The notes under the pieces: model-generated | The model's input: the letters and a program-made list of their open reading frames with translations, nothing else | What the model was told of the DNA's origin: nothing | Database searches by the model: none | Shown: positions 51,495 through 64,000 of the stretch, piece after piece | Layout of the letters: each line of letters starts with the position of its first letter | Position numbering within the stretch: position 1 is the stretch's first letter | DNA from: Malacoraja senta | Lineage: Eukaryota | DNA: 64,000 nt | Direction: 5' to 3' | Assembly: GCA_038087875.1 (NCBI GenBank) | Contig: JAXLNO010000709.1 | Coordinates: 434,001-498,000 of the forward strand | Made by a program: the position numbers and the translations under genes

Positions 51495-51669
51495 GTGTTG
51501 TATTCCACTATCGGGGAGCATTCAGCAGGTATTCACTGAACTTTGAAATGGCCAAAGGAGCATGTCAGGACAACAGTGCCACCATTGCAACTCATGAACA
51601 GATTCAGGCCTCGTACGAAGATGGGTTTGATCAATGTGATGCTGGCTGGCTTTCTGATCAAAGTGTCAG
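51495..51669 (+). CDS. VCAN: Versican exon 4, link module 1 (first part)
   Basis: cccacag| and |gtaggc, 175 nt; [24 protein letters not shown]...[19 protein letters not shown]. Confidence 0.96.
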
Positions 51670-52091
51670 GTAGGCCAACAACACAAGGGCAATATTGTTG
51701 TGAATCGCCAAGTCATCATTTGGAAAAGCATATTTTGGAGTTGGGAAAGATTACAGCTTAGATGATTCAAAGATTCAATGACACCTTATTGTCACATTAC
51801 AAGTTGTGCGAACATGGCCCCTACACCTCTGTAATCCAGATCAAGTGTGACTGACTATTAGTTTGAAACTGCAACTCAATGGGTCAAGCAGCATCTCTGG
51901 ATGACAAGGACAGGTGATGTTTCAGGTCGGGTCCCTTCTCCCATGTATCATAATATGGTCTTAACATGACAAACTAAGTGCCTCCCTATTCAAATTAAAG
52001 AAAAATAATTCAAAAAACTATTTAAAAATTCAACAACAAAAAATCCCCTTCCCTCCTTATATCACAGGCTTTAGCTTTCTTTTCATCCTTT

Positions 52092-52330
52092 GTGCACTTG
52101 TCTGCTAATCAACTTATCTCACCTGTACCCACCTATCACTTGCCAGGCTTTGTCCTGCCCCTCCTCTCTCCCAGCTTTTTCACCCCCCACCACAATCAGT
52201 CTGAAGAAGGGTCCCGACCCGAATCATCACCTATCCATGTCCTCCAGAGATGCTGCCTGACACGCAGAGTTACTTCTGCTGTGTGTGGTTTAGTTTGTGA
52301 ATCAGCATCTACAGTTCCACTTGTCTTTTG
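52092..52330 (+). mobile_element. Longer Penelope-like 3' fragment with a pyrimidine-rich region upstream of a degenerate hammerhead core
   Basis: ...CACAATCAGT-CTGAAGAAGGGTCCCGACCCGAATC...AGATGCTGCC. Confidence 0.6.
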
Positions 52331-52487
52331 TACGTGGTGTGGTTGCGCAAAGATTAGATTAGATTCTCATTAAAACAATTAGTTATTTTTCATTTGGAGT
52401 ATCTGGTTGAAAACTAATGTTAGCTGATGATTTGATGGCCTACCAATACTTGTGACTACTTTTGAATGATCGATACCACAGTATGTG

Positions 52488-52722
52488 GTTTAGTTTAGAG
52501 ATACAGCGCGGAAACAGGCCCTTCGGCCCACCAAGTCTGCATCGCCCAGAGATCCCTGCACATTAACACTATCTTACCTATACACACTAGGGACAACCTA
52601 CAAACCTATATGTCTTTGGAGTGTGGGAGTAAACCCAAGATCTTGGAGAAAACCCACACGGTCATGGGGAGAATGTACAAACTCTGTACAGACAGCATCA
52701 GTCGTCGAGGTCGAACCCGGTT
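52488..52722 (-). mobile_element. HE1-like V-SINE, partial
   Basis: Tail and core. Confidence 0.75.
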
Positions 52723-53432
52723 CCTTATTCATGTGCACAACGCAATAATGCCTTCACGGTTCGGTATTTTAATTCAAGCACCTTTTTTCAGTAGCATTGA
52801 CGGTTGTTGTCTTGTCAGACACACACTGCCAATATTCCACCAGTAAATTTAAATACTTACCAAATATATAGAATATTAAAACAGATTTATATAAAAAAAT
52901 AATGTGCTACTTTGTCGATGAATTACCCGATATAATTATCAGGATTATTGGCTGAGCAAATAGTTTCCCTGCATCTTAATGCCTCAAAATTAATAAATAA
53001 TGAGATAAATTAAGATATTGTTCATCTTTTTGTTTGAAGGACAAACTTTGGGCAGAACAATGCAAGGTCCCTGCCCCTTGAGCATGCACGGTATTTACTG
53101 TTTGGCTGAACTAGAGATTTCAAGATACACTTAATTAATAGAATGTATCAGTTAGATGATTTTTCAATGAAGTGCTGATAGAGCATAACCCTTTAAAAAC
53201 AATATTGTTTAATTGAGCAATTAACCCAAGGCCTATGAAGTTAGAAATCTAAATTATTTGGCATTTTTTTCAGCATTGAATATTTTTCAAAAGAAGTTCA
53301 TTGGCTGTAACTCAGAAAACAAATAGGGAAATGTTGGTATCTTTTGTGATCTATTGATTAAGGTAGTTCATCATTTATGTCCTCATGAAACCACAGATGG
53401 AGTAAAATAATCTCTTTCTTTTTATTTCTTAG

Positions 53433-53560
53433 GTACCCAATTACAAAACCTAGACCTGGGTGTTATGCAGATAAAAAGGGACAACCTGGTGTCAGAACAT
53501 ATGGTATACGAGACCCTTTTGAGACATATGATGTTTACTGTTATGTGGCAGACATACGTG
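53433..53560 (+). CDS. VCAN: Versican exon 5, link module 1 (second part)
   Basis: tttatttcttag| and |gtaaga, 128 nt; YPITKPRPGCYADKKGQPGVRTYGIRDPFETYDVYCYVADIR; the ORF track shows another frame here. Confidence 0.95.
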
Positions 53561-54664
53561 GTAAGATGGATTTTTTTGACGTCTAGACATTTATCACGTT
53601 GGAATGTTTGGAATAATATTCAAACAGATGGTTTATGGCTCCATGAAGTCAGTGGAGTCGAATTTTGCTCAGGCCCAATGAATTATTTTTGAAGTGTTAT
53701 TCTAGTTTTTCAGGTAATCCTATTCCTTTATAAAAAAAAAAAGCTGGAATGCTGGTAGTCAGTCAGAGCCTCGATCAACTGAAAAACGGTATCTTCAGCA
53801 CTCCCGCACAATTGGGCCCCAGTGGGACAGCAGTTATAGTTGCTGCCTTACAGTTCCAGGGACCCAGGTTTGACATTGATACTGGATGTGTATGTGTGGA
53901 GTTTGCATATTCTCCTTGTGATGGCGTGGGTTTCTGCCAGGTGCTACAATTTCCTTTCACATCTCAAAGACACGCCAGTGGATTAAATCAGTTCCATAAT
54001 TAATTTAGGCTGCCGTGACGTGAATTGGTTCTTAGTGTAGGTAATTGGCAAAAGGATTAAAGGGAAGTTGATGAGTGTGCGAGAGAGAATAACAGGTAAT
54101 AGGGAGAGGTGAACGGGATTGTTCTGCTTGTAGCAGGCACAGATCTGATGGACCAAATGGCTCCCAGTGTGTTGAAAGAAGTAAGTAGATGCTGCATTAA
54201 TCCAATAAACCGTTACTCCACGGAGGTAAAATAGAACAGTTGTGTCTATTTGGGGGCCAGTGACGGGTAAACACGAGGGTCCTATGTTGATGAGTCTTAC
54301 CTCCACAGGCAACTTGTTAGTGACTTGATGACCACTTGCTTTGTTGCAGGAAAGAATATCACTCTGATTTCCATTGACACAAAATGATCTCACCAAAAGA
54401 TTTGTAAAACCATAGTTAATGGAGATGACAGAGGGTGATTAGGTATCAGTTCTATTCCTGTAATGTTAAAGAGGTTGTGGTTTAATTCTGAAGTAGGGTC
54501 CTGACCTAAAATGTCACCTGCCCATTCCCCTCCTGACTCACTGAGCTCTTCCAACAGTGTGTGTTTTTGCTGTGCTTTTGTTTCCATTGGCTATTTCTAT
54601 TTTCTGTTCTATTGTTCTCTCTTTCTCAGCCTATTATGTCTTGTTGTTGACCATTCTGGTGATC

Positions 54665-55146
54665 TAGGTTCACGAGGTTAATTCCCAGGATGGCGGGACT
54701 GTCATATGTTGATAGAATGGAGCGGCTGGGCTTGTATATTCTGGAATTTAGAAGGATGAGAGGGGATCTTATTGAAACATATAAGATTATTAAGGGTTTG
54801 GACACGCGAGAGGCAGGAAACGTGTTTCCGATGTTGGGGGAGTCCAGAACCAGGGGTCACAGTTTAAGAATAAGGGGTTCACCATTTAGAACGGAGACAA
54901 GGAAACACTTTTTCATGCAGAGGGTTGTGAATCTGTGGAATTCTCTGCCTCAGAAGGCAGTGGAGGCCGATTCTCTGGATGCTTTCAAGAGAGAGTTAGA
55001 TAGAGCTCTTAAAGATAGCGGAGTCAGGGGATATGGGGAGAAGGCAGGAACGGGGTACTGATTGTTGGTGATCAGCCATGATCACAGTGAATGGTGGTGC
55101 TGGCTTGAAGGGCCGAATGGCCTACTCCTGCACCTATTGTCTATTC
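54665..55146 (+). mobile_element. CR1 3' fragment with probable TSD ATTCTGGT
   Basis: ORF ...[20 protein letters not shown]...GYGEKAGTGY*; ATTCTGGT at 54653-54660 and 55143-55150. Confidence 0.88.
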
Positions 55147-56401
55147 TGGTTTCATTTTATGAAAACCTCTTAGAGAAGTTTCCTATTAAATAGATTATCC
55201 AAAATGGTGTTTTGTCCAAATTAATAGCAGATCCCATTTACTTTAATTATCAGTATCTCATTAAAGTAAATGGGAATTGGTCCACACATTCAGAGTTGAC
55301 ATTGTAAAAACTATTATCCATTCAGCTCTTGTCCATTGCTGTTATTGATTAATCTAGGGTATTCGATATTCAGTTGTTTACTATTGATTTGGCAACTCAT
55401 TCATCCCCAAATAATGACTTAGTAAGATTATGTATACCACTTATCAACTGGAATCAGGCATATAATCACTGAAATTAAATCAAAACCGGCAATCTCGATC
55501 ATTGTACATAGTCTTGCTATCACTGTGATGCAATCCATTGGATTGCTGATTCCAATGATGATGGAATTAATAATGCTATGAAATCTTTGCACGGAGATTG
55601 AGAGAATAACAACAGGAGAATTGCTTTTTGAATCTTGTAAATGGTGCATATTAGTTCATTACAGAGATAGGAGGGAATGTCTTACCATTTACCTGTCATG
55701 ATGTCTTTTGAAATGGCATCAACTCCATGAAAAAAACGATTGGCTTTTTAAATATAAGCAGCATTTACAATGAGAAAGAAATGATATGGCTTATATGATC
55801 CCTCATCTCCTCACTAAAACTTTACAAAACTCTCAGTTTTCATTTGATCAAAATGAATAATTGATCGTGTCAGATGTGTTCCCCACGGGTTGTTGCATTC
55901 ATTAGTAAATTTTTAATATTTAACAACTAAAGAGGGATGTGGTCCAAATTTCTACTTTAAAAAGGATCACTTCTCCCAAAATGTTTTATCCTAAGATATG
56001 TTGAGTACAACAGTGTAAGCCGCCAAGATACCCAATTCCATCAATGCACTAAAACTTCCTGTGTTTCTGGATTAGTGGATAATACTGAGTGTCATATAAT
56101 GCTGCACATTGCCAAGTCTTACTCTTCCCTTCTATTATACTGTTGGATTGTCATAAAAATGCATTTGATCAACTGATCATATTTCGGAACGTTAACTCTG
56201 CCCTCCGTGACCAATCACGCCAAATATGATTCTGGACCCACCAATGCAATTGAATCTTAATTTCCACCTTAACTCTGCAATTAAGAATAGACTGCAAATA
56301 TCAAATGTCCATACCCTGCAAATGAATAAATAAAAAGGAATTACACAATTTGACAGTAATTGTTTAATAACAAAGAAAATGTTGAGTCAAGTTTAGTGCC
56401 A

Positions 56402-56600
56402 ATAGACACAAAATGCTGGAGTAACTCAGCAGGACAGACAGCATCTTCATTTTACCACTTACTTCTTCAGACTGAAAAAGGGTCTCGACGTGAAACATCA
56501 CCCATTTCTTATCTCTAGAGATGCCGCCTGTCCCGCTGAGTTACTCCAGCATTTTGTGTCTATCTTCGGTTTAAACCAACATCAGCAGTTCCTTCCGACA
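56402..56600. mobile_element. Penelope-derived fold-back pair
   Basis: Same repeat in both orientations. Confidence 0.6.
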
Positions 56601-58229
56601 GGTTTAGTGTCATATGCACAAGTGCAGTGAGGTACAATTACAATGAAAAAGCTTGCTTGCAGCAGCATCACAGGCACATAAGGCGCAGGCAACATGCAAA
56701 ATATATGTTATATGTACATTATACATTGAGAAGAAAAATGTGCAAAAACAAGAAATAAGAGCAAAACTGATATTCGCTTCTCCACACAAGCACTGTGATC
56801 TTTCATAGCGCATGCCTACAGCATTAATTAAGGTTGATCAACTTGACCAAATAGGGGATATGAGATTAGCTCACAAAAGTATTGAGTTAAAGGATGATCT
56901 TAACACAGACTACACTACGCAGGCATGAGGGACTGAATGGCCTACTCCAGTTCCTATTTCTTGTCTTCTTATTTTCTGCAAGCTTCCTGTTTTGCAATTG
57001 CATGGCCACTCACTGGATAACCTCAGTGACCCAATGGGGAAAGAAAATCAAACAACCTTGATGGGAAGGCCACATAAGTGGTGCCATATGTACACAGCAG
57101 GGAAATACCTCAGATTCTTTTACTTACTCACTGCTGATTGTTGGGGCTGTGGGGGTGGTGGGTTGATGGTGGGTGGAATACAATTTACATCTTCAGATAA
57201 GGAAAAGGGCTCATTTCACCCAGTGTCAATATTCAGTCCATTGTTGGCAGCTAGTAAAGGAATTGTCATGGTTTCCATTTCCATTCACCATGTTAGCTTA
57301 GTGAAGCAGAGCTAAGGCTGAGAGAAGTTCTAACAGGGCTGTTTGATTAAGTTTCATTCTGGCTATCATGGAGGCTTGCTATCAAAACAAGTACAATCCA
57401 CATTCTGAATTAGGGGTAGAACACAAAGTGCTGGAGTAACTCAGCAGCATCTTGGGAGGATTTGCTGAACTTTTTTTTGTGCCGAGGAGAATATTTTGCC
57501 AAATATATGTCCTATAACACAGAAACATTTTTTTTACGCCCTTCAAAACTTCAGAATTTCAAATTCTTGCTTTCAAAATCCATTTGGAATATTTTACCAA
57601 CAGATAATTTAATCACTAAAATGACTTTTTTCCAATGTTGTGCAAACGTATATGTCTCCACTGCCAAATTAAACAGAAAGTTTGATGAATCCTTTGCACG
57701 CAAATTAAGGAAAGGTTCGTTAGGTAACTTGCCATGAATTGGTGTTCCTGCTGTTAATAGTATGAGGATAATGAAAAACTACAGTCAAGTGCTTACTATT
57801 CAGCCTTTTGAAATGCTCTTTCAACTTTTTCAACTCAAATGCATGATTAGAATGTAAAATTCATTCTTGCAGTTAAAAAATTGGAAGTTAAAGATCAAAA
57901 GAATAGCATTCACTATGTATCCTCACATCATTTGTGTGTTACAATGTCTCTTGGAGGTTTATGAGGTCTTAGGATTGATCTTAACTTGGTGTTAGTTTTA
58001 TCTCAGTACTACAAATAAAGCTCTATTTCTAGTACTGATGACTACACAATGATCCCAGCAAGAATAAAAAACAAAGTGCTGGAGGAACTCGGCAGGTAAG
58101 GCAGCAACTGTGGTGGGAATGGACAGATGGCGTTTCAGATCGAGACCACTCTTCAGGACAATGACCCAAGTCGTTGTCTGTCCATTCCCTCTACACATGC
58201 TGCCTGACCTGTTGAGTTCCTCCAGCATT

Positions 58230-58706
58230 TTAGTTTAGTTTAGAGATACTGCATGGAAACAGGCCCTTCAGCCCAACGAGTCTATGCTGACCAGGCAATC
58301 CCTGCACACTTCACGATCCTACACACAAGGGGCAATTCACAATCTTTACGGAAGCCAATTAACCTCCAAACCTGTACATCATTGGAGTACGTACAGGCTA
58401 ACCTACAATTAACCTACAAACCAGAGCACCACGTTTTTTAGTTTAGAGATACAGGGCGGAAACAGGTCCTTTAGGCCCACCGGGTCCACGCCGACCAGCG
58501 ATCCCCGCATATTAACACTATCCTATACCCATTAAGGACAATTTTTTTTACATTTGCCAAGTCAATTAACCTCTAAACCTGTACGCCTTTGGAGTGTACA
58601 ATGTTCTGATCACGAGAAGAACGTACAAACTCCGTACATGCAGCACCTGTAGTCGGGATCAAACCCAGGCCTCTGGCGCTGTAAGGCAGCAACTCTTCCG
58701 CTGCCC
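58230..58706 (-). mobile_element. Two tandem HE1-like V-SINE fragments
   Basis: TTTAGTTTAGAGATAC tails at ~58230 and ~58436. Confidence 0.75.
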
Positions 58707-59562
58707 TTTTTTTAGTTGAGGATTCCATCACCTTTGTCTTGTGCCTCCAAGCTCTGCTAAAATATATGTAAATTGAAAGCATGTGAGGACCAAAAAATCG
58801 TTATCATCCTGTTTGCATTGACAGTCCATGGAAGAATGTGTGCTACTTTGGGAAGTAACTTCTGGTAGTCGCAGCGTCTGCGGAATGAATAGCCTACCTA
58901 GCATGTCGGAACCTTATGGGTGGGAGAAAAGGATGAAAGGGACATCTTTCTGTGGGTGCTAGGTATTGAAGTTGGCATTCTTTTAATTAAATGATGCTCA
59001 TCACTTCTAAAAATTAAGTCGCTTGGTTCACGAGTAATTGGCATTATTGGTGAAAATAATGAGATTGTACAGCATCTGAATAAATATTTTCCAATTGAAT
59101 TAAATGAGAAATGTTCTTGAAATATTTGACTCCTTTGATGATTGGAATAATCAAATGTTTACAACTAACTAGTTTGTGACTTCAAAGTTTAAGAAATGTC
59201 TTCATCACAGCTGGTTATTTTTTGGATTTGTTTAAGTTCTATTATTCAAATCTCTTTGTACGGTTTCTTCCCTAAGTTTTGGTTACAAGTAGACCTGACT
59301 ACAATAAATCAAAGGCTATTTCAGAACTGATTTTCTCACAGGATTTTGCTGTACTTTGAGCGAAGCTATGATGTTACAAGTTAAGCACAAGAACAGACCA
59401 GCATGTTGGTTGTGTTATGGAAAGAGGAAGTGTGTGTTTTACCCACAGATCTGTCTGACACCTGTAGTTATCTATTTCTCAATGGCTTGGCATGATGTTT
59501 AAGTTAATATTTGAAACTGTCTTTACGATTGGCAGCATATTGTAGAAACCTGCCAATTTTTC

Positions 59563-60530
59563 TTTTTTTTTTTTTAATTTTTAATTTTTATTTATTAGAA
59601 GTACATTACATTACAACCAATTACACTAGTACTCATCACATATATCTTATTACAATTAATGTACTCCGTTTATTTTCTACACTAATAAAGGGAAAGGATG
59701 AGATTGAGAGAAAGAAGAAAGTGAAGGGAAAAAGTGAAGGTGTAAGAAACGTGACAACAAAAAAACAAAAACAATAGACAAAGACCCAATAAAAAAGAAA
59801 TTAAGAACACAAGGAAAGAGTTAAGAAATAGACCCGAAAAAGAAGAAAAAAGAGAAAGAGGGAAAAGAGAAAAACAAGTACTTTTTTATAAGCATCACGC
59901 AAATGGGACATACCAACTCTCCAGCTTTCATCCCCCCTTACCCGACCTCAGTTTTTTTTTAAAGTACTTTTGCACCCTATACTTGTAATAATTCTATAAA
60001 TGCAGACCACGTCAGGTGGAAGTGATCTGGTTTACCTGCCAGGAGGAGTCTTATCTCTTCTAGGTGTAATGTTTCGAACATATTTGAAATCCACATGTTT
60101 ATAGTTGGTATTGGAGCGTTTTTCCAGAATTTTAGGATTAATTTTTTTCCAATTATTAACCCATAGTCTATTAATTTCTTTTGGAACACATTTAGTTCTG
60201 GACTATCTTCCGTTGTTCCGAAGATAATCCATTCTGCTTTGGGTATCAGTTTAATTTTAAATAATTTTGTAAAGATTTCAAAAATTTCAATCCCAAATTT
60301 TTGAATTTTTGTACAGAAAACAAATGAGTGCGCTATAGTAGCTTCTTGAGATTGACATTTATCACAAATTGATGATACATATGGGAAAATTTTATTGATT
60401 TTAGTTTTAGAATAATATAATCTATGTAAAATTTTAAATTGTATTAAAGTGTGTCTTACATTAATCGAACATTTATGCACGTTTAATAAATGTTCATTCC
60501 ACCTTTCCTTTGAGATTTTAATAGCTAATT
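59563..60530 (-). mobile_element. L1-clade LINE 3' fragment (ORF2 C-terminal zinc-binding region, 3'UTR, polyA)
   Basis: LIQFKILHRLYYS...CDKC...H...C...FWK motif in ORF 59977-60480; AATAAA and A-tail at ~59563-59595. Confidence 0.8.
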
Positions 60531-61650
60531 CTTGTCATTTTCATTTCAATCAAAATTAATGTTAAAGTTGAGGGTGGGATGAACATGGTAACCCTATATA
60601 ACATATTAAAACATAATAAATATTTAAGGATCTAAAACAGAAGCAGGAAATACTGGAAATACCACCATCAGTTGTAAAAAGAAAGACTGGTCAATATTTT
60701 GACTTCCCTTTTGTTCGAATACTTTGGCAAAGAATCAAAGACCATGGGTCCAGTCTGTTATCTCATTGTAGATCACTCAGCAGAGTATTTCTCCTTAAAC
60801 CTATCCCTGTAAACCAATCATAACGTTACAGCTATTGATCATTTTACATTGTTTCTAAGTAAGAAACTATGTTTGTCAAAACAGAAAACAAATGAATAAC
60901 TTTCATGAAATTATTGGAAAATTGAAGAAGGTTTCTGACCCGAATTGTCATCTATCGTCAATCTCCAGATAGGCTGGTTGACCCATTGATTCACTCCAGC
61001 ACTTTGTGCCTTTTTTTGTAAATCAGCATCTGGAAATCCTGGCATCTCCTGGGAAACATGGCCTCCGGTTTAGACTCGGCATGCAGATTTAAGCGAGGGA
61101 GGATTATGCATTTGTAAACTCCTTTCTAGCTGACTCCAATCTCTTCTGCAGGTGATCCAATACGCATAATGCAACATCTGAGAGGGTAATAAATAAAATG
61201 ACTGAAATTTCTTTCCTTAGATTTTGTTTACATTTGCAACAAAAAATGCTTCATGAAGCCATTACATGATATGGTATTAAAACATGCATAATAGATAACT
61301 CCAGCTTTATTCTTTGGGTTTATCTTTCCATTTAAATGCCAACGTTAGGATCAACAACAAATTTAGTCAAAGGAGTTAGGGTGAGAAAAAGATAAGGACT
61401 TGGGATAGAAAGGAAAAATGCAAACAAATGATTTTATTTTTTAAATCTTAAAATATTCCTACCAAGGACAAACGCAAATTAACCAAGGGTAAAAAGAGCA
61501 AGGCGAATGATAACCTCAGTAATAATGTAATATTGAAATGAAAATAAAGATCACTTTGAGTTCTGCAGTGTAGATATTAGTTTGCATAATTGTGTTTTCT
61601 CTCAGAATCTTTTTACGTGTGACTGATTTTTCTTTGTTGCTTGACAACAG

Positions 61651-61944
61651 GGCATGTGTTCCATGTAACATCACCGGGAAAGTTGACATTTGCTCAATCA
61701 AAAGTGGAGTGCCGACGTAGAAATGCCCAGTTGGCAACCACTGGTCAGTTACACGCGGCGTGGAAGCAAGGTCTGGATCGCTGTGACTATGGCTGGCTAG
61801 CCGACGGCAGTGTACGCCATCCAATCGTCCATGCCCGGAGTCAGTGCGGAGGAGGCCTTGTTGGAGTAAGGACCAAGTATCGATATGACAACAGAACTGG
61901 GTTTCCAGATCCTACTACCAAATTTGACGCCTACTGCTTCAGAG
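61651..61944 (+). CDS. VCAN: Versican exon 6, link module 2
   Basis: gacaacag| and |gtaaaa, 294 nt; [13 protein letters not shown]...[15 protein letters not shown]...[33 protein letters not shown]. Confidence 0.96.
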
Positions 61945-62010
61945 GTAAAAACATTTTTTTCCCTTGAATTTTGGAAATTACCGTAGGGTGTACCTTTAAT
62001 AAATCTATTC

Positions 62011-62321
62011 GGGAGGCACGGTGGTGCAGCGGTAGAGTTGCTGCTTTACACTGCTTTCAGCGCCGGAGACCCGGGTTCAAACCCGACTACGGATGCTGTC
62101 TGTACGGAGTTTGTACATTCTTCCTGTGACCGAGTGGGTTTTCTCCGAGATCTTCGGGTTCCTTCCCCTCTCCAAAGACGCAGGTTAATTGGCTTGGTAA
62201 ATGTAAAAATTGTCCCTAGTGTGTAGGATAGTGTTAATGTGCGGGGATCGCTGGTCGGCACGGATCCGGTAGGCCAAAGGGCCTGTTTCCGCGCTGTATC
62301 TCTCTATCTAAAACAAAAACT
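62011..62321 (+). mobile_element. HE1-like V-SINE
   Basis: Head, core and tail about 67 nt after exon 6. Confidence 0.85.
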
Positions 62322-62699
62322 ATTCCCACTTCTTGGAACTACATATGAAATAAGGATGATCAATGAGCATCATTAGTTTTTCTGTTCCATCAGCTGCTAG
62401 TACAGTGGATAGGGCGTCATGCTGAGAATGCAACATTATAAAATTCCTTTGGGAATATTGTGCAGCAAGCAGGAAACCAAGATGGAAATAAAATGAAAAT
62501 AAATGTTCATTGTACAGTGATCGGTCCCTTACCTCTCTCCTGCTTTTAGTAAGTTGGCTCAGTGTGGGCTGATTCTTCCTGAAGAGATTGTGGTTTATTC
62601 TCTCTGACGTCCATGTTAAAGGCACTCTTTCTCACAGCTTTACACAGATACGAAGGATGATCTTCTCCCAGGGCCCTGTCATGGTACATTTTCATAAGT

Positions 62700-63105
62700 T
62701 CATTAGTTTATAAGTTGTAGGAGCAGAATTAGGCCATTCAGCCCATCAGGTCTACTCCACCATTCAATCATGTCTGATCTTTCTTTCCCTCTTAACCTCA
62801 TTCTCCTGCCCTCTCCCCATAACCCCTGACACCCGTACTAATGAAGAATCTATCAATCTCCACCATAACAATATCCATTGACTTGGCCTCCACAACCTTC
62901 TGTGGCAATGAAGTCCACATATTCACCACCCTCTGACTAAAGAAATTCCTCCTCATCTCCTTTCTAAAGGAACGTCCTTTTATTCTGAGGCTAGGGCCTC
63001 TTGTTCTACACTCTCCCACTAGTGGAAACATCTTCTCCACAAACACTCCATCCAGGCCTTTCACTATTTGGTAAGTTTCAATGAGGTCCCCCCCTCATCC
63101 TTTTC
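62700..63105 (-). mobile_element. CR1 3' fragment
   Basis: RTRGPSLRIKG...FFSQRVVN motif. Confidence 0.8.
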
Positions 63106-64000
63106 AGCAAGGTAAAGTTCCACTGCTGGGAATTCTGAATGTGCTATTTTCTTAGGATGTCCTTTCTTTCTGTTTGAGTTGTAAGGGTCTTACAGTGTGG
63201 AAACAGGTCCTTCGGCCCAACTTGCCCACATTAGCCAACATGTCCCATCAACACTAGTCTCACCTTCCTGTGTTTGGCCCATCTCCCTCTACACCTGTCT
63301 TATCCATGTTTTGGAAAGTTAACCTGCTGCGAAGGTTGCAGCTGGGTTGGTACTTTACAAACGTGGGGGGCGGAAGGTAATTTTATGCTTCTTATTACGG
63401 GTCTTACAAAACTGAGGGAAGCAGAAATGGAATTGATTGATATAGAGACAGAGATAGATAAATTCTTGATTAGCAAGGAGGTCAGGGGTTATAGTGAGAA
63501 GGCAGGAGAATGGGGTTAGGTGAGAACCATGATTGAATGGCCTAATTCTGCTATCACATGACCTTATATGAACATATGTGGTGTAATGAGGAAAGTGACA
63601 GGGGGTGGGGAGTATGATATAATCCCATGAGGAGTGCTTCATTTTAATATGCAGACAAATTTGTCTGCATATTACAGATTTGTCCACAGGTGTATTTTTT
63701 TCACTCCCAGTCACGTGGGAAATTGAAGGCAAGTTAGTTCCACAGTGGCTCTCTCTCAATTCTCTCTGCCTAGGGAGTTATAGCATAAAATCCTAAGTAT
63801 TTACTTTCACTGCTTAGTGACCACAGTTGGTTGAGATACTAATGTGAAACAGCAAATTAATGGCATATGCTGTATACATTTTTATCCCATCCTTTATGTA
63901 TTATTTGTCTCTTCGTCTATTTTTTTACATTCTACTGTTTTGACCCCTCCCTTCTGCTCTCCAGGAAGAGAGGGAGAGAAGGGGGTTTGGGGCATGGAAG

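Noticed and set aside
1649..61040. CRISPR-like array from the recurring ~28-nt palindromic motif
   Set aside because: Copies are dispersed in both orientations with shared flanks, no unique regular spacers and no cas genes; vertebrate context
48466..61944. Assignment to ACAN, BCAN, NCAN or HAPLN1
   Set aside because: Signal peptide, TLPPS/RIKW and [14 protein letters not shown] motifs and exon sizes fit versican best; exon 6 ends at a splice donor rather than a stop as in link proteins
1021..62321. tRNA genes suggested by A/B-box sequences
   Set aside because: All are SINE heads followed by a V-domain and tail; no complete cloverleaf seen

Overview
Eukaryotic, repeat-rich genomic DNA from a cartilaginous fish, probably a skate or ray (inferred from HE1-type V-SINEs, HER1/CR1 LINEs and a characteristic Penelope-derived repeat). 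The only host gene I can support is the 5' part of versican (VCAN, + strand). It has a CpG-rich promoter and non-coding exon 1 (~23.0-23.58 kb), signal-peptide exon 2 (43414-43489), Ig-V exon 3 (48466-48870) and link-module exons 4-6 (51495-51669, 53433-53560, 61651-61944). All coding exons have GT-AG boundaries and join into one open frame covering the hyaluronan-binding G1 domain; the gene continues past the window. The rest is intergenic or intronic DNA filled with CR1, Rex1/Babar, Tx1 and L1 LINE fragments, V-SINEs, hAT and pogo-type MITEs and microsatellites. The most notable non-gene signal is about 20 copies of a short Penelope-derived element carrying a minimal type I hammerhead-ribozyme core (CTGAAGA-A-GGGT-loop-ACCC-GAAAC-GTC). 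Many copies sit as fold-back pairs, and one is linked to the C-terminus of a Penelope GIY-YIG ORF. Also seen: a short promoter/5'UTR block that matches my recollection of human VCAN, and several local duplications and inversions. Repeat boundaries are approximate and were read by eye.
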